Shown here in pieces: positions 1 through 10,300 of a stretch of 32,000 bases of DNA. The notes under the pieces were generated by a model. The model saw only the letters and a program-made list of their open reading frames with translations. It was not told the DNA's origin and did not search any database. This stretch comes from Candidatus Heimdallarchaeota archaeon. GTDB lineage: Archaea > Asgardarchaeota > Heimdallarchaeia > Heimdallarchaeales > Heimdallarchaeaceae. The translations under genes were made by a program, and so were the position numbers. Within the stretch, counting starts at the first letter, position 1, and the number at the start of each line of letters is the position of its first letter. Location of the stretch: positions 69,286-101,285 of the forward strand of contig DAOVER010000006.1 of NCBI GenBank assembly GCA_030668875.1, written 5' to 3'.

Positions 1-6
1 ATTGGT

Positions 7-756
7 ATGAAATTAGAAATAAGTAATGGGTTTTGTGTCAAAAGTAAAAACAACAAAATTATTGTTACCGATGGAAAATTTGGTAAAACTAGTGTAGGAA
101 TAAGAATTGAAGACTATTATCATACTGAGAAAAATGTAGATAGACTACTTACAGGTAAAGTAAACAAATGTAATCAGTTAGGAGGAAATTTAGAAATAGA
201 ATTAGAGCTTAGTTGTCCTACTCAGGCAGTTAGAAAGTTTTCAATACTTCTGCAAAATGAAGAAAATGACACTATTTTCACACAAAGATTAGAAGACTCA
301 ACTAATAAAATAATAAGAGTAGAAATGGAGAAGAGTCATAGTAACGCTGTTTGTTCTATAGAGATATTATCAAAAGATCACTTCTGGTATAAGTTTGAAG
401 AATTAAAGGATGGAAAATTAGAGAATATTACTTATTTCTCTCAATTAATAATGAAACAGAGGGAAGTAATTGAAGAGTATATTAGGACATTTACCGAACT
501 TCTTTTCAACTTAGGCAAAGATTTGTCAAAAACTACTTTAATATCACTTAGCAACTTGTTAAATTCAAAAATTTACGCTGCTGAAGTTAAATTTCCTTAT
601 ACTTTATTGATATCAGAGATTGATATTGTAAATTATCTAAACTCTATGCTAGAATTCAGTAGAAGTTTTATCTATGGGTCTGATGCTGTAAAACAACCTG
701 ATGACTTGTTGATTCTTATAAATAATTTTTTTCCACAATATGGAGTAAAACGATAA
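7..756 (+). CDS. Hypothetical protein (249 aa)
   Basis: Long ATG-started ORF converging on uS10; no motif recognised. Confidence 0.6.
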   Translation: MKLEISNGFCVKSKNNKIIVTDGKFGKTSVGIRIEDYYHTEKNVDRLLTGKVNKCNQLGGNLEIELELSCPTQAVRKFSILLQNEENDTIFTQRLEDSTNKIIRVEMEKSHSNAVCSIEILSKDHFWYKFEELKDGKLENITYFSQLIMKQREVIEEYIRTFTELLFNLGKDLSKTTLISLSNLLNSKIYAAEVKFPYTLLISEIDIVNYLNSMLEFSRSFIYGSDAVKQPDDLLILINNFFPQYGVKR

Positions 757-824
757 ACAATCAAAGAATAATTTTAAGAGGAATGAAAGAATTTCATTCT
801 ATTTCTGTAATGAATTTGGAAAAA

Positions 825-1139
825 TTATTTTCGTTCAATAGCGATTTCGATGTGTACATCCTCAGGAACATGAATCCTCATAAGAAGTCTCATACTCTTT
901 TCTTCTGCGTCCATATCGATAATTCTCTTATGTAATTTCATTTCTAAATGATCATAAGTTGCAGTTCCATTGCCACAAGGAGATTTTCTAACTGGAAGAA
1001 CAATGCGTTTTGATGGAATTGGTATGGGTCCTCTAATACGTACTCCTGTTCTTTCAGCAATTTTTTGAATTTGATTACAGATTTTTTGCAAAGACTGGGG
1101 ATCATTTCCTATCAATTTTATTCTTGCACGTTGAGCCAT
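825..1139 (-). CDS. rps10: 30S ribosomal protein uS10 (archaeal type)
   Basis: MAQRARIKLIG...GVRIRGPIPIPSKR...RKSPCGNGTATYDHLEMKLHKRIID is the archaeal uS10 signature. ATG at 1139 with GGTGT upstream is preferred over the TTG at 1166. Confidence 0.97.
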   Translation of the reverse strand: MAQRARIKLIGNDPQSLQKICNQIQKIAERTGVRIRGPIPIPSKRIVLPVRKSPCGNGTATYDHLEMKLHKRIIDMDAEEKSMRLLMRIHVPEDVHIEIAIERK

Positions 1140-1240
1140 TGCTACACCTTTTTGTAAAAGCAACAAGTTTGTTTTAAGAAGATTTCGTTTTAAGTTTTGT
1201 AATAATATATAAACAACAAAAAAAATTGTAAAGAGTTATT

Positions 1241-1630
1241 TTATGCAGTTCGATGTTCTAAGTTAGTTTCCAACCGCTTTACTCTTTCCTCAAGTATTTG
1301 TAATCTTTCCATTATACTGACTATTGTTTCTTCAAGTGCTGACACTTCTGTTTGTTTATCCCTTGAAGCAGTAGCTACCACTTCTTTTAGTAGTATGGAA
1401 GCTTGTTCAGTTATATTTTTAGTTATTTGATCGAGCATAAACTCGTTTAAGTATAGATTAACTTCTGAGACTACTGTTTTGATATTGTCAAATATCCCTC
1501 TTTCAGAAACATCCTTTACAAGTGTTTCAGCTTCTATTAATCCATCTAATTTAATCTGTATCATCCATTGACCTTTAATGTTCATTAACGCTATGGAATA
1601 TCTAGTTCCTGGAATCTTTGTTTCATACAT
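1241..1630 (-). CDS. Hypothetical protein with C-terminal coiled coil (129 aa)
   Basis: Clean ORF co-oriented upstream of rps10; heptad-like C-terminus (LEETIVSIMERLQILEERVKRLE). Confidence 0.7.
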   Translation of the reverse strand: MYETKIPGTRYSIALMNIKGQWMIQIKLDGLIEAETLVKDVSERGIFDNIKTVVSEVNLYLNEFMLDQITKNITEQASILLKEVVATASRDKQTEVSALEETIVSIMERLQILEERVKRLETNLEHRTA

Positions 1631-1800
1631 GTCATTACACCATTTTTTGCCACTTAAACTAAATTGTATCCAGCATATTAGTCAAAGTTCTACTGCTTAT
1701 TAATACTATAACTTTTAAATTTAAAACATTAACGGATTTACGTCTTTGGTTAAAATTGTCTCTGAGGGCAAATCTTTAAACCGTTGTATATTATAGCAGT

Positions 1801-3804
1801 ATGCCCATGAGCAAATACGTAGAGACTGTTTCTTCTTCCATGCAGGATAAGGCAAAGATACGTAATGTAAGTATTGTCAGTCATGTTGATCACGGCAAAA
1901 CAACCTTGTCGGATCATCTTTTACAAGCAGGTGGGTTGATTTCACAAACAATGGCGGGGACTGCGAGAGCACTTGATTACCTTGATGAAGAGCAAAAACG
2001 AGGGATAACTATCAAGACGGCTAATATATCTTTAGTATACAAATATAACAATATCTCACATTTAATTAACTTAGTAGATACACCAGGTCATGTTGACTTT
2101 TCAGGAATGGTTTCACAAGCTTTGCGTTTAGTGGATGGTGCAATTATAGTAGTAGATGCCGTTGAGCAAATTATGGCTCAAACTGAATCAGTAATTAGGC
2201 AAGCAATGGGTGAATGTCTACGCCCGATACTATTCATAAATAAGATTGATCGGTTAATAAACGAACTCAAACTACCCAAAAGGGAGATAGAAGCTAGAAT
2301 TAACAACATAATTCAAATGGTTAATGAATTAATAACTCAATACACCCACTCTCAATTTAGAGAGAAGTGGAAGGTAAAATTTGATAATGGAACCGTAATA
2401 ATTGGGTCAGCATTAAATGGTTGGGCAATATCAGCATATTCCAAGAATGCTCCATCGTTTGATGAAATAATTAAACTACACTTGGAAAATAGTTCTAATG
2501 AACTGAAAATAAATTTTCCTATAACGAAATCAATTTTATCCTCCATCATAGATAACGTTCCTAATCCTAAAGAAGCCCAAAAAGACCGCTATAGGCATAT
2601 AACACAGTTCAGTGACCAGAAATCTGAAAAGGCACTAATAGAATGTGATGATAATGGTCCGACAATTTCATGTCTAGGGAAACTATTATACGAAGATAAT
2701 AGAGGTTTAATCTCTGTTGTTAGAATCTTCTCAGGAACAATAAAATCAGGTAGTGTTCTCTTGAATAGAAGGACAGGAGAATCTTCTAGAGTTCAACAAG
2801 TCTGTATCTATAAAGGTCAGTCTCTTGTAAAACTAGATTCGGTTGGAGCAGGTAATATTGCTGTTCTTATTGGGATGAAAAATGTCCAAATAGGAGATAC
2901 TATTATTGATAAGATAGATAAATTCCCAAATATTCTGTTTAATCAGATATCCTACCTTCAAGAATCGGTTATTTCTAGACGAGTGGAACCAGAGAAGGTA
3001 TCTGACATACCTAAATTGCAAAAGTTGCTTGATATATTGTCACTGATTAAACCAAATTTTCGTCATTCAACTGATGAAAATACAGGAGAGATGAAGATAT
3101 TTGGTATTGGAGAACTTCAACTTGAAATTATAATTGGTGAAATCGAAAAAAGTAGTATTAGGGTATATGTTTCAAATCCTGAAGTAACTCTTGTTGAGCA
3201 AATTGAAAAAGCAGTAATATTGACAAAGCAAGATCAACTTGGTCTATTACAAATCACTATTGAATGCAAACCAACAACTGACAGTGAAAAAGAATGCATA
3301 TATTCAGATTATAGGGATAATTGTCTAGTAGTTGAGGATAAAATTTGTGGGGAGGAATTATATGATTTACTAAAACCAGGTTTTCGGAACGCGATTCTTA
3401 AAGGACCTTTAAGAGGTTATTTGGTTAGAAAACTAACTTTGATTGTCAAGGAAATCAAAGAACTCAAACCAAATTCTATCAGATATGAAATAATGATACC
3501 CTTAGTAAGAAATGCTATTCATGAAGCTATTATTGAAGGTAATGTAGGTATTTACGAACCAATTTATTCCTTTTCAATCAATACACCTCTTCAGTATATG
3601 GGTTCTATCTTAGCTGTAGTTCAAAGATTTAACTGTGATATTTCTGATACAGAGCATTACGTTTCACGAACAATAATTAGTGGAGAAATAAGTGTAGAAT
3701 CATCACTTCAAATAGCAACTGAATTAAGAGGAGCTTCTGAAGGTTACGCTTTTTGGCAATTTGAATTTCAAGGATATAAGAAGAAAAAATCAAATAATAA
3801 GTAA
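1801..3804 (+). CDS. fusA: Elongation factor 2 family GTPase, divergent paralogue lacking the diphthamide His motif (aEF-2p-like)
   Basis: G1 SHVDHGKTT, G2 EEQKRGITIKT, G3 DTPGH, G4 NKID and a domain V-like C-terminus. 667 aa is shorter than canonical aEF-2; no HRG motif seen in domain IV. Confidence 0.9.
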   Translation: MPMSKYVETVSSSMQDKAKIRNVSIVSHVDHGKTTLSDHLLQAGGLISQTMAGTARALDYLDEEQKRGITIKTANISLVYKYNNISHLINLVDTPGHVDFSGMVSQALRLVDGAIIVVDAVEQIMAQTESVIRQAMGECLRPILFINKIDRLINELKLPKREIEARINNIIQMVNELITQYTHSQFREKWKVKFDNGTVIIGSALNGWAISAYSKNAPSFDEIIKLHLENSSNELKINFPITKSILSSIIDNVPNPKEAQKDRYRHITQFSDQKSEKALIECDDNGPTISCLGKLLYEDNRGLISVVRIFSGTIKSGSVLLNRRTGESSRVQQVCIYKGQSLVKLDSVGAGNIAVLIGMKNVQIGDTIIDKIDKFPNILFNQISYLQESVISRRVEPEKVSDIPKLQKLLDILSLIKPNFRHSTDENTGEMKIFGIGELQLEIIIGEIEKSSIRVYVSNPEVTLVEQIEKAVILTKQDQLGLLQITIECKPTTDSEKECIYSDYRDNCLVVEDKICGEELYDLLKPGFRNAILKGPLRGYLVRKLTLIVKEIKELKPNSIRYEIMIPLVRNAIHEAIIEGNVGIYEPIYSFSINTPLQYMGSILAVVQRFNCDISDTEHYVSRTIISGEISVESSLQIATELRGASEGYAFWQFEFQGYKKKKSNNK

Positions 3805-4047
3805 TTTTATATTTCTTACTTAAATTTAGTTAGAAAGCTCAACATTTAGAAATATTGAAATAAGCGCAAAATATAAATTACCAATATAATACGTTGAAAA
3901 TACGTAAAAAATCAATTGAAAAGTGTTTTTTTGGGATAGATTAATCACAAGATAATATGGGTGGCTCAGAACTCAAGATCCTCAACATCAAATTCAGTAA
4001 AGGGCTAGACTCGTCATTGCCAAATAAAAATAATATATCTTGCTTTT

Positions 4048-5361
4048 TTATTTTCCCATTTCAGCAATAATTCTTTCAGAAATACTTGAGCATTGTTCAA
4101 TTATTCTTTCTTTGTTCAATGTTTTATGCTTTCTATTCTCATAAACCATCTTACCATTGACGATAAGATCTGTAACATCTGAACTAGATGAGGAATATAT
4201 TATATTGGATAAGACATTATTTTGAGGCCAAGAGTGACTCCTTTCAAGAGAGAGAATGGTGAGATCGGCTACTGATTTATCAGAAATACCATTTGAGTTG
4301 ACACCTAGAGCCTTCATGCCGTTAACTGTACCTAATTGAAGTGCTTGTGAATTTTCTAGTACTTTAGGATCATTAAATTTGTATTTTTGAAGCATTGCCG
4401 CAGTAGATATTTCTTCAAGCATTCCAAGATCATTATTAGAGGCATTGCCATCTGTACCTACAGCTACATTAATCCCTAAATCAAGATAGGTGTGAATTGG
4501 TGCAATCCCACTAGTCATCTTAAGATTAGATTGTGGGTTATGTAAAACAGTAAAATCTGTTTCTTTCATAATCTTCCAATCTTTGTTTGAAGTATCTACA
4601 CAATGAGCAGCCAAGATTTTACTTTCTGTTAAACCAAGTTTATGTACATATTCAATGGGTGACATACCAAAGTTGTCTAGAGCCTCTTCTACTTCTCTTT
4701 TTGTTTCATTAAGATGAATATGGATAGGTAGAGAATTCTTGAGAGCTAAATCCTTTACTCTGTGTATATATTCCTCTGGAACCGTATATGGCGCATGTGG
4801 CCCTATACCAAAATTAACTAGTTTATTTTTATTCGAAAATTTATTGTTGAGTAGATTAGAAACATGTTTCCAAGTATTTTCAATACTGCCTGATTCCGGT
4901 GTATTATCAAAAACTGAGGGGCAAATTAATGCCCTTATTTTGGCTTCTTTCGTTGCTTTTTCGATAGATTCTGCGTAAAAGTACTGATCTATGAAACCTG
5001 AAGCTCCCGATTCAATCAATTCAAGACAACCCAAGAGAGTACCATAGTATGCATCCTCGGGAGTCATTTGATGTTCAAAAGGCCAAATATAATCATTTAA
5101 CCAAGTCAGTAATTTTTCATTATCGCAAATTCCCCTTAACAGTGTTTCAGGAATGTGAGTATGTGAATTTACTAAGGAAGGAATTACAATGTGATTTTTG
5201 CGTTCTAGTTTATCATGACCAGACACTAACTTCTTCACATCCTCTGCTTTTCCAACTGCAACTATCTCATTATTTTCAATAAGAATGCCACCGTGTTTTA
5301 TTACTTTATTACAGGTGGAACCCGATACAATAAACTTAGAATCAATAAATAGCTCACTCAT
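4048..5361 (-). CDS. mtaD: Amidohydrolase, MTA/SAH (5'-deoxyadenosine) deaminase family
   Basis: Metal-binding NSHTH, GPHAPY, HIHLNET, AAHCV, HNPQSNLK, GTDGNASNNDL motifs. Confidence 0.88.
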   Translation of the reverse strand: MSELFIDSKFIVSGSTCNKVIKHGGILIENNEIVAVGKAEDVKKLVSGHDKLERKNHIVIPSLVNSHTHIPETLLRGICDNEKLLTWLNDYIWPFEHQMTPEDAYYGTLLGCLELIESGASGFIDQYFYAESIEKATKEAKIRALICPSVFDNTPESGSIENTWKHVSNLLNNKFSNKNKLVNFGIGPHAPYTVPEEYIHRVKDLALKNSLPIHIHLNETKREVEEALDNFGMSPIEYVHKLGLTESKILAAHCVDTSNKDWKIMKETDFTVLHNPQSNLKMTSGIAPIHTYLDLGINVAVGTDGNASNNDLGMLEEISTAAMLQKYKFNDPKVLENSQALQLGTVNGMKALGVNSNGISDKSVADLTILSLERSHSWPQNNVLSNIIYSSSSSDVTDLIVNGKMVYENRKHKTLNKERIIEQCSSISERIIAEMGK

Positions 5362-5431
5362 TAGAACTCAGTTTGATTCTAAAAACTAAAAAGAAAAGTC
5401 TTTCCCTTCCCTGGAATAATAAATAGATAGT

Positions 5432-6655
5432 TTATAATTCGTCTACCTCAAAGATTTTTGACAATCTAAAGTCACTATCTAGTACATCCCTTACCTGCTT
5501 GGATGAAACAGTTAGATGTATTCTTTTAGAGCGACCATAACGTCCTTTACTAATAACTTGAGCTGTAACAATCCCTAGCATATCTAATTCATTAATTAAA
5601 TCTCCAACTCTTCTTGCTGTTAATTGATCTAATCTGACTAGCTTACAGATTTTATTATAAATCTCATAAACATCTCCTGTGGTAATCTCATCATTTTTTC
5701 CTTCACCAAGATAGATTGCCTGTAAAACTGCTTTTGTTTGAATTGGTAAAGATGTTAAAACCTCAATAACTGTGTTTCTTTCTATCACTTGCTGAGCTTT
5801 GCGTACATAGATTTCAGTAATCTTTTCTTCACCATTACGCTCAACAAGTTCTGCTGCTACACGTAATAAGTCAAGAGATCTTCGTGCATCTCCGTGCTGC
5901 TGGGCGCCTATGGCTGAACATAGATTAATTACGCCAAAGTCAAGAACATCTTTGTGAAATGCGACTTTGGCTCTTTGTGTAAGAATATCTCGTAACTGTT
6001 CTGCGGTATAGGGGGAAAAAACAATTTCTTCTTCGCTCAAACTACTTCTGATTCTTGGATCTAATGTTTCCTTGAAGTTTACATCATTGGTGATGCCTAT
6101 AATACTAATTTTTGAAAAATCTAAATCACTATTCATACGTGTTAAAATGTACAATGATTCAGTACTCTTTTTATAGAGCATATCAACTTCATCAAGAACA
6201 GTAACATGTAGTGTACTAAGTTCGTCTAAAGCAGCCTTAAATTTCTGATAGATAACATCAAAGTGCAGACCTGTAAAAGGAACATCTATTCCAACATCTT
6301 CACATAACTGGGTCAAGACACGATATTTTGTGTCTACATGTTGGCAATTCATATAGCTGTACTTAAAAGATAAATTCCTTGAATCTGCTGTTGTTTTTAA
6401 TTTTGATAAGACTTGTTTAGTTACGGCGGTCTTCCCTGTTCCTGTTGTACCATAAATAAATATGTTAGAAGGTGTTCCACCTCTTAGAGAGGGGGCAAGA
6501 ATCTTTGCTAACTCTTCAAACTTTTCATCTCTATGAGGAAGAATATCAGGAACATAATGAGGACTCAGAACCTCTCTATTGGCAAATACATTTGCATCAG
6601 CATCCAGATATCTATCAAAAATATCATCTATACTATTTGATGGTTTTTCATCCAA
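5432..6655 (-). CDS. cdc6: Orc1/Cdc6 replication initiator
   Basis: VFANREVLSPHYVPDILPHR, Walker A GTTGTGKT, Walker B VLDEVD, GDARRSLDLLR, C-terminal winged helix with SKGRYGR. Confidence 0.97.
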   Translation of the reverse strand: MDEKPSNSIDDIFDRYLDADANVFANREVLSPHYVPDILPHRDEKFEELAKILAPSLRGGTPSNIFIYGTTGTGKTAVTKQVLSKLKTTADSRNLSFKYSYMNCQHVDTKYRVLTQLCEDVGIDVPFTGLHFDVIYQKFKAALDELSTLHVTVLDEVDMLYKKSTESLYILTRMNSDLDFSKISIIGITNDVNFKETLDPRIRSSLSEEEIVFSPYTAEQLRDILTQRAKVAFHKDVLDFGVINLCSAIGAQQHGDARRSLDLLRVAAELVERNGEEKITEIYVRKAQQVIERNTVIEVLTSLPIQTKAVLQAIYLGEGKNDEITTGDVYEIYNKICKLVRLDQLTARRVGDLINELDMLGIVTAQVISKGRYGRSKRIHLTVSSKQVRDVLDSDFRLSKIFEVDEL

Positions 6656-6778
6656 TATTTTTCATCTCTCAGCTCGTTGCTACTATGATTTTCAGAGGGT
6701 TGTTTAACTTTGTCGATAAATGACGTCTATAATGAACGTAAGTACACTGAATTAAAGTATGAGAAATCTAGTGTAAAG

Positions 6779-7093
6779 TCATGTTAGTTTAAACAAAACC
6801 TTAGGTCTACCCCTTGTAGATCTGGGTACAGATTCTTTCTTGACGACACCTTTGTTTATGAGTTTAGCCAGGTTATCATATAGAGTAGATCTAGGTATGT
6901 GTGTCATGGAGACAATTTGTCCTCTGGTAAGAGGGCCATTATCTGCAATAAGACCAATAAGAAGATTTTCTAATTCGATTTCATAATCAGTCTCATCAGA
7001 GTAAACATATACTCTTCTACTACTTACCACAACACCCTGAATCTGTGATTTCTTACTAATTTTCTTTGTTAATAGGTTCTTACTATGGGCCAT
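6779..7093 (-). CDS. Winged-helix DNA-binding protein (TrmB/ArsR-like), directly upstream of cdc6
   Basis: GPLTRGQIVSMTHIPRSTLYDNLAKLINKGVV...RGRPKVLFKL fits wHTH plus wing. Confidence 0.8.
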   Translation of the reverse strand: MAHSKNLLTKKISKKSQIQGVVVSSRRVYVYSDETDYEIELENLLIGLIADNGPLTRGQIVSMTHIPRSTLYDNLAKLINKGVVKKESVPRSTRGRPKVLFKLT

Positions 7094-7224
7094 GTTATCA
7101 CTCTTTGATTTTTTTCTACAATGTTAGAGGATTAATGTCGAATAAATAATTCAATATAATCTGCAGAATATCGGAGTAATATCTAAGACTTTTTGTGAGT
7201 AGGATTATATATATCTGACTGAAG

Positions 7225-7572
7225 ATGGCAGTTAATAAAATAAGTAATCTTAGAATTGATATATTAAATGCTATTAATGAAATTGATAATCGTCTAGAGA
7301 TACTAGGAAGAAATGATACAATATTCGGTTTTGTTAGCTCAAAATACATCAAATGCGGAAAAGAAAATTGTAAGTGTGAACGAGGAGGGCAATATCTGCA
7401 TGGACCTTACTATTATCTGCGAATGGAACCTGAATACAAGTATAGTAAATATTTAGGTAAGAAAATACCATCAGCAATAGCAGAAGGTATTGATGTGGGA
7501 AAAAGAATCAAAAACTTAATTGTAAAAAAGAAGAAGCTATCAAAAGCTCTTGAAAACCTTGAAAAACTTTGA
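7225..7572 (+). CDS. DUF6788-like small Cys/His protein
   Basis: KCGKENCKC...HGPYYYL...KYLGK pattern, recognised from memory as DUF6788. Confidence 0.7.
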   Translation: MAVNKISNLRIDILNAINEIDNRLEILGRNDTIFGFVSSKYIKCGKENCKCERGGQYLHGPYYYLRMEPEYKYSKYLGKKIPSAIAEGIDVGKRIKNLIVKKKKLSKALENLEKL

Positions 7573-7858
7573 TTTTTTTAATTTTAGTTTTTTTCAGCAC
7601 CGATAAATTGTGTAAAATGTAATACGTAATAAATACATCATACACAATGGACACACTACTTCACTTAACATATAAATTCATTTAGAGAGCGTCTAATTTG
7701 TATATTTGCATGGCACAATTCATTTGTGAATGGATGTGGGGATTCCGTTCACCCGTTTTTGAAAAGCTTGTGAACAGAAGATATCATCCGGCAAAAAAAG
7801 TGATATGTTAATCCATATGTTCAGCACAAAAAAAATTATTGTGAACAAAGGATCACTA

Positions 7859-7880
7859 CCCCTTCATTTCCACTGGAAAC
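7859..7880 (-). promoter_or_regulatory. Origin recognition box (ORB) with G-string
   Basis: Minus strand GTTTCCAGTGGAAATGAAGGGG matches the archaeal ORB pattern TTCCAGTGGAAA..GGGG. Confidence 0.85.
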
Positions 7881-7966
7881 TCGGTATGTGAACAAAGAAT
7901 CTTACTGTTCACAATGTGTGAAGCGCCCTAAACGGTAAATCGTTAGACAATCAGCCTCATATATTA

Positions 7967-7981
7967 CATTTCCATTGGAGA
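7967..7981 (-). promoter_or_regulatory. Mini-ORB-like element
   Basis: Minus strand TCTCCAATGGAAATG shares the TCCA-TGGAAATG core with the full ORB; no G-string. Confidence 0.6.
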
Positions 7982-8047
7982 CATTCACAAACGAGGAAAA
8001 AAAATCGGAAAGAAGAAATCAATTTTGAAGAAGAAAAGGAGGTTTGG

Positions 8048-8116
8048 TTAGTTTGGAAACCAACCAGGTGGGAGAATATCTCCATCTCCTTCGTCAGGAT
8101 CGTATAGTTTTAACAT
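8048..8116 (-). CDS. Small peptide A, MLKLYDPDEGDGDILPPGWFPN (22 aa), downstream of TPR-1
   Basis: Manually translated; homologous to five other peptides in the window. GAGATGA SD-like motif; TTTTATAG box 42 nt upstream (8159-8166); TGTCA at 8185-8189. Confidence 0.85.
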   Translation of the reverse strand: MLKLYDPDEGDGDILPPGWFPN

Positions 8117-8216
8117 TTTACGTCATCTCGGAAAGGTTACCATATTAATAGAAGAAAGCTATAAAATATCAAAAGGAAAAAAGATGACAAAAAAAGAGGT
8201 GGCTATTTATCCTGGT

Positions 8217-9800
8217 TTATAGTGTTAGTGAGCGAATATCTTTTTGTTGCATGTCTAAATAGTCTAACAATTTATTCTCCAATCTGCTGAAACCATAATT
8301 CCTGCATTTTTTGATGGCCATGTATTGGAGAGCAGGTCCTAGAGGATCACCATTCTTGAAAGCACCAACCTGGATAAAAGCTTCCATGAAAACACGCAAT
8401 TCGAGAACTTCTATTTTATGGGTTTGATTTTCATATTTCCTTAACAATGGAGAGATTTCTGCAAAACGATTGATTTTGTAATATTCCTGTGCTGCAAGTA
8501 AATCTGCGAAAGCTTTCTCAACATAAGTCATTCTTTCCTCTACAGGTCTTCTTTTGAGTGTGTTTATTCTCTGAAGAACTTGTTCATCATCACTTCCCTG
8601 CCATATTAGGAAGTCTAGAATGTGTTCTACTCTTTTAGTGCTAGGATTATTTAACTTCTTTATATCTTGTAATTTTGATTTAGTCAAATTGGTATTAAGC
8701 AAAAACTCACTTAACATAATGGTATTACTATGATAAGTACCTACATTACTAATAATAGTCTGAATTAGGTCTTGAAATTTTTCTATATTGAAGTCATATA
8801 ATCTTGATTGAATGTAAAATTTAGTTAGAGTGAAATCATGGACTATCTGATTTTTATTGAAAGAGTCAAGATTCTTTACAGCTATTTCCTCTTCTAACAA
8901 CTCCTCGACCTTCTTCATTTGTTCCAGAGCCAATTCTAATCTTCCTTGTAAAGCATAGGTTGTAGTAATATGAGAAAGAGACATTAAATAGTATCCTGAA
9001 TAGATACTATCCTTATATATAGTTTTCAAAATTCTTTCTGCTTCTAACAAGTGTTTCTCAGTTTCACCAAGATTAAAAGATAACTTATGACTTACGCCAA
9101 TAAAATAATGCACAACAGATTGTATCTCTTCGGGCATGTTAAGAAGAAGGTTGTAATTACTTAGAATGTCTTTAACAAGAGCTAATGATTTCTCTTTGTT
9201 TTGTGTTTGTTGATATATGACTATTAAAATGCACAAAGTTTTTGCAAAACTTTGGAAATAACCATTTAAATAAAAGAAGTTTCCACACTCTTCTAATATA
9301 ACTGAACTTTTGAAATCTCTTGTTTCCAGCCATTGTTCAACAGCGCAAGTGTATTTTATAAAGTGAAAGATAAATCTATCAGGTTAATCTACTTCTTCTA
9401 GTAATTCTAAAGCTTTGACAATTTCATATTTTCCCCTTTCTTTTTTTCCTTTTAGTTTAGCTATATACCAAGCAAAAGAATGAGAAAAAGCTAAACCTTC
9501 CTTATAATTAATTTTATTTGCCAAAGTTTGCATTTCATGAAGTAGTTGGATTGATTTTTCCAATTTATCAGCTTGTTGAACAAATTGTAAAATTAAAAGT
9601 CCATCCAAAATTACGCGAGATTTAAAATCTTCAATCTTAGTTGCTATAAGGATACAATCCTCAATCAATTTTATAACAATTTTATCTGATCTCTTGTTAG
9701 ATGCTAGAATCTTCAAGTGAGATATTAATGCTTCTAATTCTGCACTTGATTTTAAATGATTGATATGTTCCTGTAATTCACATATTTCCATATAACTCAT
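8217..9800 (-). pseudogene. TPR-like helical repeat protein 1, interrupted by one in-frame TAA
   Basis: ORFs 9384-9800 and 8217-9236 are in the same frame and the gap reads open (PDRFIFHFIKYTCAVEQWLE...). TAA at 9384-9386 aligns with Gln (CAA) of paralogue 4. Confidence 0.85.
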
Positions 9801-9921
9801 CTTTACTAATTTGTGGAAAGAACATTTCTACACATATATCTCCACTTTCGTATATAAACTAGGTAGATTCACTTTGATAGATATTGTGAAAAAAAATAAA
9901 GAAGGGAATAGATTTCTTGGA

Positions 9922-9990
9922 TTAAGGAAGCCACATAGGGGGTAATATATCTCCGTCTCCTTCGTCAGGATCATATGTTTGTTTTATCAT
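9922..9990 (-). CDS. Small peptide B, MIKQTYDPDEGDGDILPPMWLP (22 aa), upstream of TPR-1
   Basis: Manual translation; GAGTGAT SD-like motif; TTTTAGTA box at 10033-10040 (42 nt upstream); TGTCA at 10057-10061. Confidence 0.88.
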   Translation of the reverse strand: MIKQTYDPDEGDGDILPPMWLP

Positions 9991-10151
9991 TGTGTATCAC
10001 TCATTTAGTTATACTTAGAAATAGGAAGAAGATACTAAAACAATAAGGAAATTAAATGACACAAAAACAGTAGAATCATTTACTACTATTTAGTTCATTT
10101 CAAAATGGAGAGAAATTGTTTGTTTCAAGCGCCGAAACGATTGAATATACA

Positions 10152-10187
10152 ATCTTACCACATAAATATTTTTCTCTGTGGTAAGAT
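10152..10187. repeat. Palindrome ATCTTACCACA-N14-TGTGGTAAGAT (copy 1)
   Basis: Perfect 11-bp arms with 14-nt AT-rich spacer. Confidence 0.85.
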
Positions 10188-10232
10188 ATTTCTTCTATAT
10201 CATTTTTCCACCTGATCCTTAATATCCTTTCA

Positions 10233-10274
10233 ATTATCTTACCACATTCTTTATTATTTGTGTGGTAAGATAAT
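10233..10274. repeat. Palindrome ATTATCTTACCACA-N14-TGTGGTAAGATAAT (copy 2)
   Basis: Perfect 14-bp arms with 14-nt spacer; same core as copy 1. Confidence 0.85.
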
Positions 10275-10300
10275 AATAAAAAAAAGTTTTTCGCTTGAAA

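Larger units (their letters stand above)
7573..7990. other. Candidate replication origin (oriC): AT-rich tract, ORB elements and TGTGAAY repeats
   Basis: Non-coding region about 1 kb from cdc6 containing ORB-like elements at 7859-7880 and 7967-7981 and an AT-rich segment at about 7573-7720. Confidence 0.7.

Noticed and set aside
7921-10140. Direct repeats flanking cassette 1 (AAGCGCC..AAACG; CATTTC..TGGAGA)
   Set aside because: Matches are short and in swapped order on the two sides; not a collinear duplication. None found for cassette 4 either.
10152-10274. CRISPR array or integron attC sites
   Set aside because: Only two adjacent palindromic units without regular unique spacers; no cas or intI gene; no GTTRRRY/RYYYAAC ends.
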